Below, one piece after another: positions 8,511 through 17,215 of a DNA stretch of 33,383 nt. Position 1 is the stretch's first letter. The number at the start of each line of letters is the position of its first letter. The notes beneath the pieces were generated by a model, which saw nothing but the letters and a program-made list of their open reading frames with translations, was not told the origin of the DNA and searched no databases. Made by a program: the position numbers and the translations under genes. The stretch spans positions 1 to 33,383 of the forward strand of contig JBBISK010000002.1 of NCBI GenBank assembly GCA_037441295.1. The letters run 5' to 3'. This stretch comes from Candidatus Aminicenantes bacterium. GTDB lineage: Bacteria; Acidobacteriota; Aminicenantia; Aminicenantales; Saccharicenantaceae.

Positions 8511-9308
8511 TCAGGGGTCCGCCTTCCGGCGGAAATACGGGAGGGAGGCCAGGCGGCGGATGACCCAGGCCGTCGGGGCGCACCGCTCGGGGGCCGCGAT
8601 GAGGCGGTTCTTCCAGCCGGGGATGCAGATGACCCTCCCCCGGCCGAGAGCCCTGAGCGAAGCCCTGACGACGTCGGGGGCGTCCATCCACATGAAGCCC
8701 GGAATGCGGGACGTGTCCATCTTAATGACGTCGTGGAACTCGGTGTGGGTCATGCCCGGGCAGAGGGCCTGGACCCGGACGCCGGTCCCAGCCAGTTCCG
8801 CCTGGAGATTCATGGAGAAGGCGACCAGGAAGGCCTTATTGGCGCCGTAGACCGGTCCGGAGAGGGGCGAAAAGGCGGCCATGGACGCGACGTTGACGAC
8901 GTCGCCGCGGCCCCGGGCGATCATGCCCGGCAGGGCCGCCCGGGCCAGGCTGACCGCGGCGCTGGCATGGACCTGGACCATTCCCCGCAGGTAGGCGGCG
9001 TCGCTTTCCACGAACGCGGCGGGGCTGCCGGTGCCGGCGTTGTTGACGAGGAGGTCGAGCGTCGCGCAGGAGGCGGCACGGGCCTCGACCAGCCCGACCC
9101 CGTCGGGGGTCAGGAGGTCCGCCGGCAGGACCTCGACTGCGACCCCATAACGGCCGCTCAATTCGACGGCCAGGGCCTCCAGCCTGTCCTTCCGCCGGGC
9201 GACGAGGATGAGGCCGCTCCCGCCCGCGGCGAGCTGCCGCGCGAATTCAGCCCCCAGCCCGGCCGAGGCGCCGGTGACGAGGGCTGTGCGGATGTCGGGT
9301 CTCATCAT
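8511..9308 (-). CDS. Short-chain dehydrogenase/reductase (DltE-like)
   Basis: TGASAGLG, LVNNAG, VNVAS and catalytic YGANK motifs. Confidence 0.92.
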   Translation of the reverse strand: MMRPDIRTALVTGASAGLGAEFARQLAAGGSGLILVARRKDRLEALAVELSGRYGVAVEVLPADLLTPDGVGLVEARAASCATLDLLVNNAGTGSPAAFVESDAAYLRGMVQVHASAAVSLARAALPGMIARGRGDVVNVASMAAFSPLSGPVYGANKAFLVAFSMNLQAELAGTGVRVQALCPGMTHTEFHDVIKMDTSRIPGFMWMDAPDVVRASLRALGRGRVICIPGWKNRLIAAPERCAPTAWVIRRLASLPYFRRKADP

Positions 9309-9311
9309 GTG

Positions 9312-10106
9312 TCACCTCCGCGGTTCGCTCCGCAGCCTTCGCTCATTGCCGCTCCCCTCCGGGCCCCAAGTCCAGTAATACGCCACGTAAGCGAAAACCC
9401 GGTCCGGCCCATGAAGGTCCCGGCCGGCGGAGGCTATCAGGACCTGCCCCTTCCCCACGGAAATGAGCGCGCCCAGGTTGACGCCCGTCTCGCCCGACCC
9501 TCCGACCGTCGACCGGGAATGGCCCACGAGCTCGGCGCCCACGGTCAGCGACTTGGAAAGGTCGCGCTCCGCTTCCCAGCCGAACATCCAATAATTCCTG
9601 TTGCCCGCGCCCGGGTTGATCCAGTAGCCGCCGCCGCCGTAGGTCGTCCAGGCCCCCCAGCTCTTCTGCAGCCAGACCGGCAGGAAAGCCTGGACATGGC
9701 CGGCGCCGAGGCCGCGGCCGGGGTTGCCCGCCGGCAGCTCGAGATGGGGGAAGATCCCGACCTGGGGCCGGGACGGGGTTTCAGCCACGAAGCGGAACTT
9801 GACCCCGAGCTCGATGTCGCCGGGGCCGTATTGAAAGGGCATCCCCTTCGGCTTGGCATAGGCCATGGGCAGGATCAGGTGGAGTTGGACGTTCGAGGCC
9901 GCCCCGTAATTGGCCTCGGCGTGCGGCAGCGTTCCGGAAAGAGAGCCGGCGGTGACGGAATGCTGGGAGGCGAGGTAGAACTCCCAATGGTAGAGGTCCA
10001 CGGGAACGGGGTCGTCGGTGAAGAAGGGCGGGCCGCTCCATGAGGCCGGCGCGGAAAGCACGAGCCCGAGAGCCAGCGTGAGGAGGAGGCGGGCATTCCC
10101 CTTCAT
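9312..10106 (-). CDS. Exported protein, probable outer-membrane beta-barrel/transporter
   Basis: Likely start ATG at 10106 (MKGNARLLL signal peptide); GPPFFTDDP N-terminus, GDIELGVKFRF, and alternating aromatic beta-strand pattern ending YVAYYWTW. Confidence 0.65.
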   Translation of the reverse strand: MKGNARLLLTLALGLVLSAPASWSGPPFFTDDPVPVDLYHWEFYLASQHSVTAGSLSGTLPHAEANYGAASNVQLHLILPMAYAKPKGMPFQYGPGDIELGVKFRFVAETPSRPQVGIFPHLELPAGNPGRGLGAGHVQAFLPVWLQKSWGAWTTYGGGGYWINPGAGNRNYWMFGWEAERDLSKSLTVGAELVGHSRSTVGGSGETGVNLGALISVGKGQVLIASAGRDLHGPDRVFAYVAYYWTWGPEGSGNERRLRSEPRR

Positions 10107-10127
10107 TGCGGAAGATCCGTCGGAAAA

Positions 10128-10156
10128 AGTATAGTCCCCGTGGTCCACAGGGTCAA
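10128..10156 (-). promoter_or_regulatory. Promoter with dyad between -35 and -10
   Basis: TTGACC (10156-10151), 17-nt spacer, TATACT (10133-10128); imperfect inverted repeat CCCTGTGG-A-CCACGGGG at 10152-10136. Confidence 0.65.
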
Positions 10157-10194
10157 ACACGGGCGCGGGGGGTTCGGCCGGTGTCGCCTGACCG

Positions 10195-13100
10195 TCAGGC
10201 CGGGGCGCCGTCCTTCGGCTGTTCCGCGGCACGCCTGTTCGCAACCTCCACGGACGTCAGGAGGAGGGGCATGATCACTAGGATGAGCGTCATGCCCACG
10301 GACATGCCCGCGACCACGACGATGGCAAGCGGCCTCTGGATCTGGCTTCCGACACCCCGCGCCAGCGACGCCGGGAGAAGGCCCAGCGCCCCGACGATCC
10401 CACCCATGAGGACCGGGCGGAACTTGTCGCGGGCCGTGAGCAGGACCGCTTCCCGTGAGCCGAGGCCTCGCCGACGCTTCGCGAGATAGTAGGTCACGAG
10501 GATCGAGGAGTTGAGGACGGAAACGCCGATGATGGAGATGAACCCGACCATGGAGGACACACTTAGGGATTCCCGGGCCACGAGGAGGCCCATCAGGCCG
10601 GAGAAGACGGCCAGCAGCGGCGCGACCATGGTGATGACGACGTTCCGGACGGACTGGAAAAGGACATAGAGAACGACGAGGATCAGGACGAACGACAGGG
10701 GCAGGGAGACGAAGAGGCGTTTGAACGACTCCTTCATCTCGCGGAAGACCCCGCTCCATTCCATGAAGTAGCCCCCGGGGAGCTTGATCCGGGAGACCTT
10801 CTCCTGGGCGCGCTTGACCGTTCCGCCCATGTCCTTCGAGGTCACTGTGAACTTGACGGGGATGTAGCGGCGGTAATTCCCGCGGTAGATGAACGAGGCC
10901 CCCGTATCGTAATGCACGCGGGCCACCCGCGACAGGGGGATGACGCCGCCGCCCGGCAGGACAATCGGGCTTGACGCGATCTTCTCGGGTTCCTTGCCGT
11001 AGGAAGTCGGATACCGGACGAGCAGGGAAAAGTTCCTGGCCCCTTCGATAACCCGGCTGATCTCCTTCCCGCCGAGGGCGGCCGAGACCGTGTCCAAGAC
11101 GTCCTCCATGGTCAATCCCATGGCGGCGGCGTTCTCGCGGACGACGTCAATGAGGAGATTGGGCTGTCCCAGCTCCTTGAGGACGCCGACGTCCTCGATC
11201 CCGGGCGTGGCCGCCAGCTTCTCGCTGACGGCGCCTGCGAGGCTCTCGAGGACGCCCAGGTCCTCGCCGAAGATCTTGACGGAATTCTCGCCCTTGACCC
11301 CGGACATCGTTTCGTGGAGCTGGTCCTCGCTGTACTGAGTGATGGTGATGTCGGCGTTGGGGAACATGGCTTTCAGTCCGCCGCGGACCTGCTCCTCGAG
11401 GTCCGCCTTGTGCCGCCCCGCCGGCCACTGCCGGTAGGGCTTGAGGATGAGGCAGTATTCTGTGTTGAAGGGTCCGCTCGGGTCCGTCCCGTCCTCGGGG
11501 CGGCCCGTCTGCGATTCCACCGTCTCGACCTCGGAGAGGCCGGCCAGGTATCTCCTGACCTGGTTGGCGTACTCGTTGCTCTTTTTGAGGGAAATCGTAT
11601 AGGGGAACATGATGCGGATGTAGACGTTGCCCTCGTCCATGACCGGCAGGAACTGGGTGCCGATCGAGCGGAATCCGAGGGCAAGGCCCGCTGCCACGAT
11701 GAGGGCCGCGACGGCGACGGTCCTCCTGCGACGGGCGGCGAGCCAATCCACGAGCCCGACGTACTTTTCCCGGACCGCGGCAAGGACCCTCGTCTCACGG
11801 TCGCGGGCCCGGCCGAGGAACGCAGCCTTGCCGGCGATAAGGTAGGTGAAGGTCAGGGACAGGGTCAGGAGGATCGTATAGAAATAGGTCTTCGCCATCG
11901 GCGAGAAGACCTGCGCCTCCGCGCCCTTCATCAGGAAGATCGGGATGAAAGCCAGGAAAATGATGCCGACTGAAAAGACCATGGGCCGGGCGACCTCTTC
12001 GGTCGCGGCCTGGACGGAGGCGGCCCCCGGCCCCCGCGTCTTCGAGATCCGGAAATAATCTTCGATGAGGATCAGGGGGATGTCGACGATGATTCCGAAG
12101 TCGATGGCGCCGATGGACAGGAGGTTGGCGGATTCCCCTCGGAGCGCCATCAGGGCCAGGGTGATGGCCAGGGACACGGGGATGACGAGGGCGGTGATGA
12201 CCGCGGCCCGGGCGTTGCCCAGGAAGAAGAGGAGGGCCACGGCGACGAGGAAGATCCCGCCCGCCGCCGTTTCGATGACCTTCCGGACGACGGTGTTGAT
12301 CAGGTCCCAACGCTCGTAGAACGGGATGACCTTGATCCCGGCCGGCAGGATCCGGGTGTTGAGCTCCGCCATCTTCTCGTGGAGGGACCGGATCGAGGGG
12401 ATGCTCTTGGCGTCCTTCTTCAGCAGCACGATGCCCATGACGACGTCGTCCTCCGCGCCGAGGCCGACGATCCCGGTCCGCGGGATGTTGGCGATGTTCA
12501 CCTCTCCGACGTTCCGGACAAGAATCGCCTGGCCGTTCCGGGAGGCGACGAGGGTGTTCTCGACGTCCTCGACGCTCCGGATCAGCCCCAAGCCCCGGAC
12601 CATGTAATACTGGTCCCCCATCTCGACGACGCGGCCGCCGACGTTCAGGTTGGACTTTTCCATGGAGTCGATGACCTGGGACAGGGAGATGTCGTACTTG
12701 ATCAGGTTCTCGGGGCGGACGGTGACGACGTAGGCCTTGATGTATCCCCCCCAGCTGCCCACGTCCTCGACGCCGCTGGCCGTCTTGAGATGGCGGGCCA
12801 CGGTCCAGTCCTCGAGCGTCCGCAGCTCCATGAGGTTGTTCGACCCCTCGACGCGGTACCGCATGACCTCCCCGACCATGCTGGGGATGATGTCCGGCCG
12901 GGCGTTCTCGGGCAGACTGACGCCGGAGATCCTGTTGATGACCTGCTGCTTGGCGTCCTTGTAGCTCGTGCCGTAGGTGAAGTTGCACTTGATGTCGGAG
13001 AGCCCGTAGAGCGAGATGGAATTGACCCCGCTCTGTTCCTGCATTCCGGCCAGGGTGATCTCCAGAGGGACGGTGATCTGCCGCTCGACCTCCTCCGCGG

Positions 13101-13266
13101 ACTTGCCCTCGTAGATCGTGACGACCTCGACGATGGCCGGCGAGGGATCGGGGAAGGCCTCGACGTTCAGGTCCTTAACGAAGAAGAACGACAGGGCGAA
13201 CAGGGCGGTGGCGAACAGCAGGAAGAGGGCCTTGTGCGTCAGGACGAACGCGACCCAACGTTTCAT
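10195..13266 (-). CDS. czcA: Heavy-metal efflux RND permease, CzcA/CusA family
   Basis: True start ATG at 13266 (MKRWVAF; overlaps the czcB stop); 1023 aa; VEAFPD, SAEEVERQIT, ANLLSIGAIDFGIIVD, GRPEDGTDP, RPVLM and QRPLAIVV motifs. Confidence 0.9.
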   Translation of the reverse strand: MKRWVAFVLTHKALFLLFATALFALSFFFVKDLNVEAFPDPSPAIVEVVTIYEGKSAEEVERQITVPLEITLAGMQEQSGVNSISLYGLSDIKCNFTYGTSYKDAKQQVINRISGVSLPENARPDIIPSMVGEVMRYRVEGSNNLMELRTLEDWTVARHLKTASGVEDVGSWGGYIKAYVVTVRPENLIKYDISLSQVIDSMEKSNLNVGGRVVEMGDQYYMVRGLGLIRSVEDVENTLVASRNGQAILVRNVGEVNIANIPRTGIVGLGAEDDVVMGIVLLKKDAKSIPSIRSLHEKMAELNTRILPAGIKVIPFYERWDLINTVVRKVIETAAGGIFLVAVALLFFLGNARAAVITALVIPVSLAITLALMALRGESANLLSIGAIDFGIIVDIPLILIEDYFRISKTRGPGAASVQAATEEVARPMVFSVGIIFLAFIPIFLMKGAEAQVFSPMAKTYFYTILLTLSLTFTYLIAGKAAFLGRARDRETRVLAAVREKYVGLVDWLAARRRRTVAVAALIVAAGLALGFRSIGTQFLPVMDEGNVYIRIMFPYTISLKKSNEYANQVRRYLAGLSEVETVESQTGRPEDGTDPSGPFNTEYCLILKPYRQWPAGRHKADLEEQVRGGLKAMFPNADITITQYSEDQLHETMSGVKGENSVKIFGEDLGVLESLAGAVSEKLAATPGIEDVGVLKELGQPNLLIDVVRENAAAMGLTMEDVLDTVSAALGGKEISRVIEGARNFSLLVRYPTSYGKEPEKIASSPIVLPGGGVIPLSRVARVHYDTGASFIYRGNYRRYIPVKFTVTSKDMGGTVKRAQEKVSRIKLPGGYFMEWSGVFREMKESFKRLFVSLPLSFVLILVVLYVLFQSVRNVVITMVAPLLAVFSGLMGLLVARESLSVSSMVGFISIIGVSVLNSSILVTYYLAKRRRGLGSREAVLLTARDKFRPVLMGGIVGALGLLPASLARGVGSQIQRPLAIVVVAGMSVGMTLILVIMPLLLTSVEVANRRAAEQPKDGAPA

Positions 13267-14327
13267 CAGGATTTCTCCAGGTCGATGGCGGACGTGGCGA
13301 TCTCCTCCCCCTCCCGGAGCCCGGCCACGGCCACCTCGGTCTCGGAGACTTCGTGGAGCAGGCTTACCGCCTGACGCTCGAAGACGCCGTTCCGGCGGAC
13401 GAAGACGGAGAACTGGCCGTCTTTGTAGAGCAGGCACGCCTTGGGCACGACGGGCATCATCCGCTCCGATTCGAGGATCTTGATCTTCAGGAACATGTTC
13501 TGCTTGAAGATGTCCTGGCGGCGCGAGGGACGGATGAAGGTCTTGATCGTCCTGGCATCTGGGTCCTCCGCCCCGCTGACGTAACTGACACGCCCCTCGA
13601 ACGCGACGCCGGGGGCCACGTCGGTCGTGAACGTGACGTCCTGTCCGGTCCGGATCCTCCCGCTGTCGGTGTCGTAGAGGTTGGCCACGATGACGACCCT
13701 GTCCGGGCACAGGACGTAGGCCACGGAGGCCGAGGCTTGGAGGCGGTCCCCGATATGGGCCGAGATGTCCGCCGCGCAGCCGTCGATGGGGGACCGGAGG
13801 ACCATCTCGTCGGTGAAGCCGTCCGACGGGGCGACGCCGTAGAGCTCGAGCCTGCGCCTCCATCCTTCGGCCGAGGCCTTGAGCTGCTCGTAGGACGCCT
13901 CGCTCGCCAGAAGGTCGTTCCTGGTAACGGCGCCGACATCGATGAGCTTCTCATTGAGCCGGTAGATCCGCTCGGCCTGCAGCATTTGGGCCGTCGTCGA
14001 GAGGCAACTCGCGTACGCGTCGCTGATCTCGGGGCTGCGGACCGTCATCAGCGCCTGGCCCTTGCGGACCGGGTCGCCGATCCTGACCAGGATCCGGCTC
14101 ACGGCACCGGCCACGGGCGCGAGGATCTTCGCGCCGCCGTCGAGGTCCGCCTGGACGGCGCCCGTCGCCTCGATATAGACCGGGACTTTCCGCGAAACGA
14201 CCCTGGCGACCGGGATGGCCTTTTCCCGGGCCGCGGCGGGGTCGTTCGGGGCGGCCCCGCTCCTGGAGCAGGCCGCCGCCCAAAGGACAACGAGGCCCAA
14301 GGCCCCGACCCTGAACTTTTCTTTCAT
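13266..14327 (-). CDS. czcB: RND efflux periplasmic adaptor (MFP), CzcB-like
   Basis: Likely start ATG at 14327 after GGGAGGGA (overlaps the czcC stop); lipobox-like WAAAC; APVAG..GDPVRKGQ and LRSPIDG lipoyl motifs; GLREGEEI. Confidence 0.85.
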   Translation of the reverse strand: MKEKFRVGALGLVVLWAAACSRSGAAPNDPAAAREKAIPVARVVSRKVPVYIEATGAVQADLDGGAKILAPVAGAVSRILVRIGDPVRKGQALMTVRSPEISDAYASCLSTTAQMLQAERIYRLNEKLIDVGAVTRNDLLASEASYEQLKASAEGWRRRLELYGVAPSDGFTDEMVLRSPIDGCAADISAHIGDRLQASASVAYVLCPDRVVIVANLYDTDSGRIRTGQDVTFTTDVAPGVAFEGRVSYVSGAEDPDARTIKTFIRPSRRQDIFKQNMFLKIKILESERMMPVVPKACLLYKDGQFSVFVRRNGVFERQAVSLLHEVSETEVAVAGLREGEEIATSAIDLEKS

Positions 14328-15562
14328 GGGATCCCTCCCGTATAGACTTTCAGAAGCTCCTGGTCCAGCCGGCACTGGACGAGGGCCTGGTGGTACTTGA
14401 GCATGAAATCCCGGTAGGTCCTCTCCGTGTCCATGAGGTCGAGGACGGTGATGCCCCCCATGGCAAAGGCCTGTCGGCTTTTTTCTAGGAGATCGTTCAG
14501 CTCTCGCTCCCTCGTCCGGTAGGAATCGAAGACCTTGAAGGCCGACCGGTAGTTGTTGAGCCCCTGGCGGACATCGGCGTCGATCTGCCGCCGCGTCTTC
14601 TCGACCTGGGCCTGGAGCTGGCCGAGCTGGGACTTCGAGATTAGGATGTCCTTTTGGTTCCGGTTGAAGACGGGCAGGTCCAGGCCGACGCCGACGCCGA
14701 ACGCGGGGTCGTGACCGGGCCCGAGGGAATCGTACTCGACCCCGACGGTGAGGTCGGGGATGGCGCCGGCCTTGGCCAGCCGGACGGCGCTCCGGGCCGC
14801 GTCGACCTGTTTTGCCAGGGCCAGGAGGTCGTAGCGGTTCTGGTTCGCGGCCCGGAGGAGCGTCTCCGCGTCATAGTCGACGAAGTCCGGCCTCAGGGGC
14901 GGCTCGAACGGCATGAGCGGCTCGGAACTCCCCAGGAGGACCTGGAAAAGCTCCAGGTCGTTCGCGGACTGGTTCTCCAGGCGCGCCAGCTCGTTCTCGA
15001 GCTCGACCCGTGAAAGCCTCAGCTTCTCGTGCTCGATCAGGGTCAGGAATCCCGCAGCGTACCGCCTGTCGGAAACGGCCAGGACCTTGTCGAGGTTCCC
15101 GACCTCCTCGCGGACGAAGCCGACGTTCAGGTCGTCGAGGACGAGGTCGTTGAAGAGCGAATAGAAGCCGACCAGGAGATTGCGGATGACCTCCTGGTGC
15201 CCGAGGCGGGAGGCTTCGAGGTTCGAAGCGGCCAGACCTTTCCGGAGCCCGCGCTTGCCCCCGATCTCGATGAGCTGGTCCAGCCGGGCCGTCCACTGAG
15301 TGTTGTCGCCGATAAAGACCCCGCCCCGGCCGAACTGGATGTCCGTGTAGTCGAAGGACAGGCTCGGGTTCGGCAGCAGCCGGGCCCCCACGGCTTCGGC
15401 GGTCGCCTTGTCGAGCTCGTACCTGTGAATGATGATGTCGATATTGTTTCGATAGAAGAGCTCAAGAGCCCGGTCCAGGGTGATCTCTCGGGCCCCGGCC
15501 AGGGCGGTCGCCGCCAGGAGCGGGACCATCAGGAACGCGGAGAACTTCCTCAATCGCGCCAT
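14324..15562 (-). CDS. czcC: TolC-family outer membrane efflux protein, CzcC-like
   Basis: ATG at 15562 after GGAGG; signal peptide; ARLLPNPSL, IEIGGKRGLR, PDLTVG and LPVFNRNQ motifs. Confidence 0.88.
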   Translation of the reverse strand: MARLRKFSAFLMVPLLAATALAGAREITLDRALELFYRNNIDIIIHRYELDKATAEAVGARLLPNPSLSFDYTDIQFGRGGVFIGDNTQWTARLDQLIEIGGKRGLRKGLAASNLEASRLGHQEVIRNLLVGFYSLFNDLVLDDLNVGFVREEVGNLDKVLAVSDRRYAAGFLTLIEHEKLRLSRVELENELARLENQSANDLELFQVLLGSSEPLMPFEPPLRPDFVDYDAETLLRAANQNRYDLLALAKQVDAARSAVRLAKAGAIPDLTVGVEYDSLGPGHDPAFGVGVGLDLPVFNRNQKDILISKSQLGQLQAQVEKTRRQIDADVRQGLNNYRSAFKVFDSYRTRERELNDLLEKSRQAFAMGGITVLDLMDTERTYRDFMLKYHQALVQCRLDQELLKVYTGGIP

Positions 15563-15640
15563 GCCTAACCTCCGTCTCCATGCGCCTGCGCGCACACCCA
15601 TAGTGACAAGGGAGCCGACGGGACGACGAAGAGGTCAGGC
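15563..15640 (-). promoter_or_regulatory. Stem sequestering the czcC Shine-Dalgarno
   Basis: GCCUGACCUC (15640-15631) pairs with GAGGUUAGGC (15572-15563): 10 bp with 1 G-U; extended after a 2-nt bulge by CGUC/GACG (15628-15625 with 15576-15573). Confidence 0.7.
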
Positions 15641-15913
15641 CGAGGGGGGGGACCTCGAGGAAAGGCGGGGAATGAAGGGGAAATCGAAGTCCGGGACCCG
15701 GCACGGCTTCCGGGAGAGCAGGACAACGAAGAGCGGCAGGAAGAGGACTGCGGCGATGATCGAGCCGAGGACGGATTGCTGGAGTTGGCAGGCGGGGCAC
15801 CGGACGTCCCCCGCGGGGCCCTTCTCGATGTGGGTGAAGTTGACCAGGGCGACGACGGCGAAAAAGAGAATGACGAACGTCAGTCGAAGGGTCCGGAGCG
15901 AGCGTTGGTTCAT
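15635..15913 (-). CDS. DUF2946/CutF/CruR-like leader peptide (92 aa)
   Basis: ATG at 15913; basic N-terminus, TM/signal helix, H-x10-CPAC, C-terminal SSRSPPSA; immediately upstream of metal efflux genes. Confidence 0.75.
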   Translation of the reverse strand: MNQRSLRTLRLTFVILFFAVVALVNFTHIEKGPAGDVRCPACQLQQSVLGSIIAAVLFLPLFVVLLSRKPCRVPDFDFPFIPRLSSRSPPSA

Positions 15914-15925
15914 GGCTTTGTCGCG

Positions 15926-15934
15926 ATTATAGCA
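15926..15934 (-). promoter_or_regulatory. Extended -10 promoter of leader-czcCBA operon
   Basis: TGCTATAAT, with the -10 hexamer ending 12 nt before the leader ATG. Confidence 0.7.
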
Positions 15935-16000
15935 CAACGCGGCCGCCAGATGATACCGCCGCAACGGACGGCCGCGCGACGCCCACCGGGCCGGGCAGCC

Positions 16001-17158
16001 TTAGCGATAATCCTCGCCCTCGCCCAGGACGGCGTGGACCCTGGGCATCCATTCGCTGATGCGGATCTCCTGCGGGCACTTCGGCTCGCACTCGCCGCAC
16101 TGGACGCAGGCGGAGGCGCGCTCGCCTTCGGCGACGAACCGGGCGTAGAGCAGGCGGCTCGTCGCCGGGTCCTCGTGGATGCGGCCGTTGTTGTAGAGCT
16201 CGAAGACGCGCGGGATGGCGACGCCGTTCGGACAGGGCAGGCAGTAGCCGCACTGGGTGCATGGGATGGGCGTCGTGGCGAGGTAGGCCCGGCGGACGCG
16301 GGCGATGAGCTCGTGCTCGGCGGGCCCCATGGACCCGGCTGCGGCCCCTTCGGCGGCGCGCAGGTTCGCCTCGACCTCGCTCATCCGGCCCATGCCGCTC
16401 AGGACGACGGCGACCTCCGGCCGGTCCCAGACCCAGCGCAGGGCCCATTCGGCCGGCGTCCGGTTCGGTTCGAAGGCGTCGAAGAGCTCCCGGACGGCGC
16501 GGGGCGGCCGGGCCAGCCGGCCCCCGAAAAGGGGTTCCATGACGACGACGGCCAGGCCTCTCGCCGCAGCGTACTTCACGCCCTCGGTCCCGGCCTGGTT
16601 CTCGGTGTCCATGTAGTTGTACTGGACCTGGCAGAACGTCCAGCCGCCGTAGCCGTCGACGATCGCCTTGAACACGTCGAACTTGTCGTGGAAGGAGAAG
16701 CCCAGGGCGCCGACGCGGCCGTCCCTGATCGCGGCCTCGGCCCGGGCGAGGACGCCCAGGTCGAGGACCGAGCGCCATCTCTCGGCGTTCAGGGCGTGGA
16801 GGAGGTACAGCTCGACCCGGTCCGTGCCGAGCCGCTTCAGCTGCTGGTCGAGATAGACGTCGAAATCACCGGCCTGCTTGAGGAGCCAGACGGGGGATTT
16901 CGTGGCCAGGCGGACCTTAGCCCGGTAGCCATCCCCGAGGGCCTCGCCGACGACGGCCTCGCTCGCGCCGTTGTGGTAGGGATAGGCCGTATCGACGTAA
17001 TTGACGCCGCGGTCGATCGCCGTCCGGATCATCCGTACGGTCGCCTGCCGGTCCACCTTATCGCTCTGCGGCATCCCGTCGAGCGTCGGCAGCCGCATGC
17101 AGCCGAAGCCGAGGACGGAAGCGCGCCAGTCGAGCCGGCCGAATTTCCGATAGACCAT
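16001..17158 (-). CDS. Aldo/keto reductase with C-terminal 4Fe-4S dicluster
   Basis: ATG at 17158 after AGGAGG; LGFGCMRLP, YVDTAYPY, LATK and GFSFH motifs; CTQCGYCLPCP and CVQCGECEPKCP. Confidence 0.93.
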   Translation of the reverse strand: MVYRKFGRLDWRASVLGFGCMRLPTLDGMPQSDKVDRQATVRMIRTAIDRGVNYVDTAYPYHNGASEAVVGEALGDGYRAKVRLATKSPVWLLKQAGDFDVYLDQQLKRLGTDRVELYLLHALNAERWRSVLDLGVLARAEAAIRDGRVGALGFSFHDKFDVFKAIVDGYGGWTFCQVQYNYMDTENQAGTEGVKYAAARGLAVVVMEPLFGGRLARPPRAVRELFDAFEPNRTPAEWALRWVWDRPEVAVVLSGMGRMSEVEANLRAAEGAAAGSMGPAEHELIARVRRAYLATTPIPCTQCGYCLPCPNGVAIPRVFELYNNGRIHEDPATSRLLYARFVAEGERASACVQCGECEPKCPQEIRISEWMPRVHAVLGEGEDYR

Positions 17159-17215
17159 GCGTCGACCTCCTCGCTCCATTATACAGGAGGGCGTTCAAAG
17201 CGGGCCCGCCGCGGC

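Noticed and set aside
15644-15651. G8 homopolymer as a phase-variation tract
   Set aside because: It is short and explained by the Ser-Pro-Pro codons TCC CCC CCC of the RSPP motif
17178-17183. TATAAT upstream of the aldo/keto reductase
   Set aside because: Plausible -10, but no -35 at proper spacing and no TGn extension, so too weak to list as a feature
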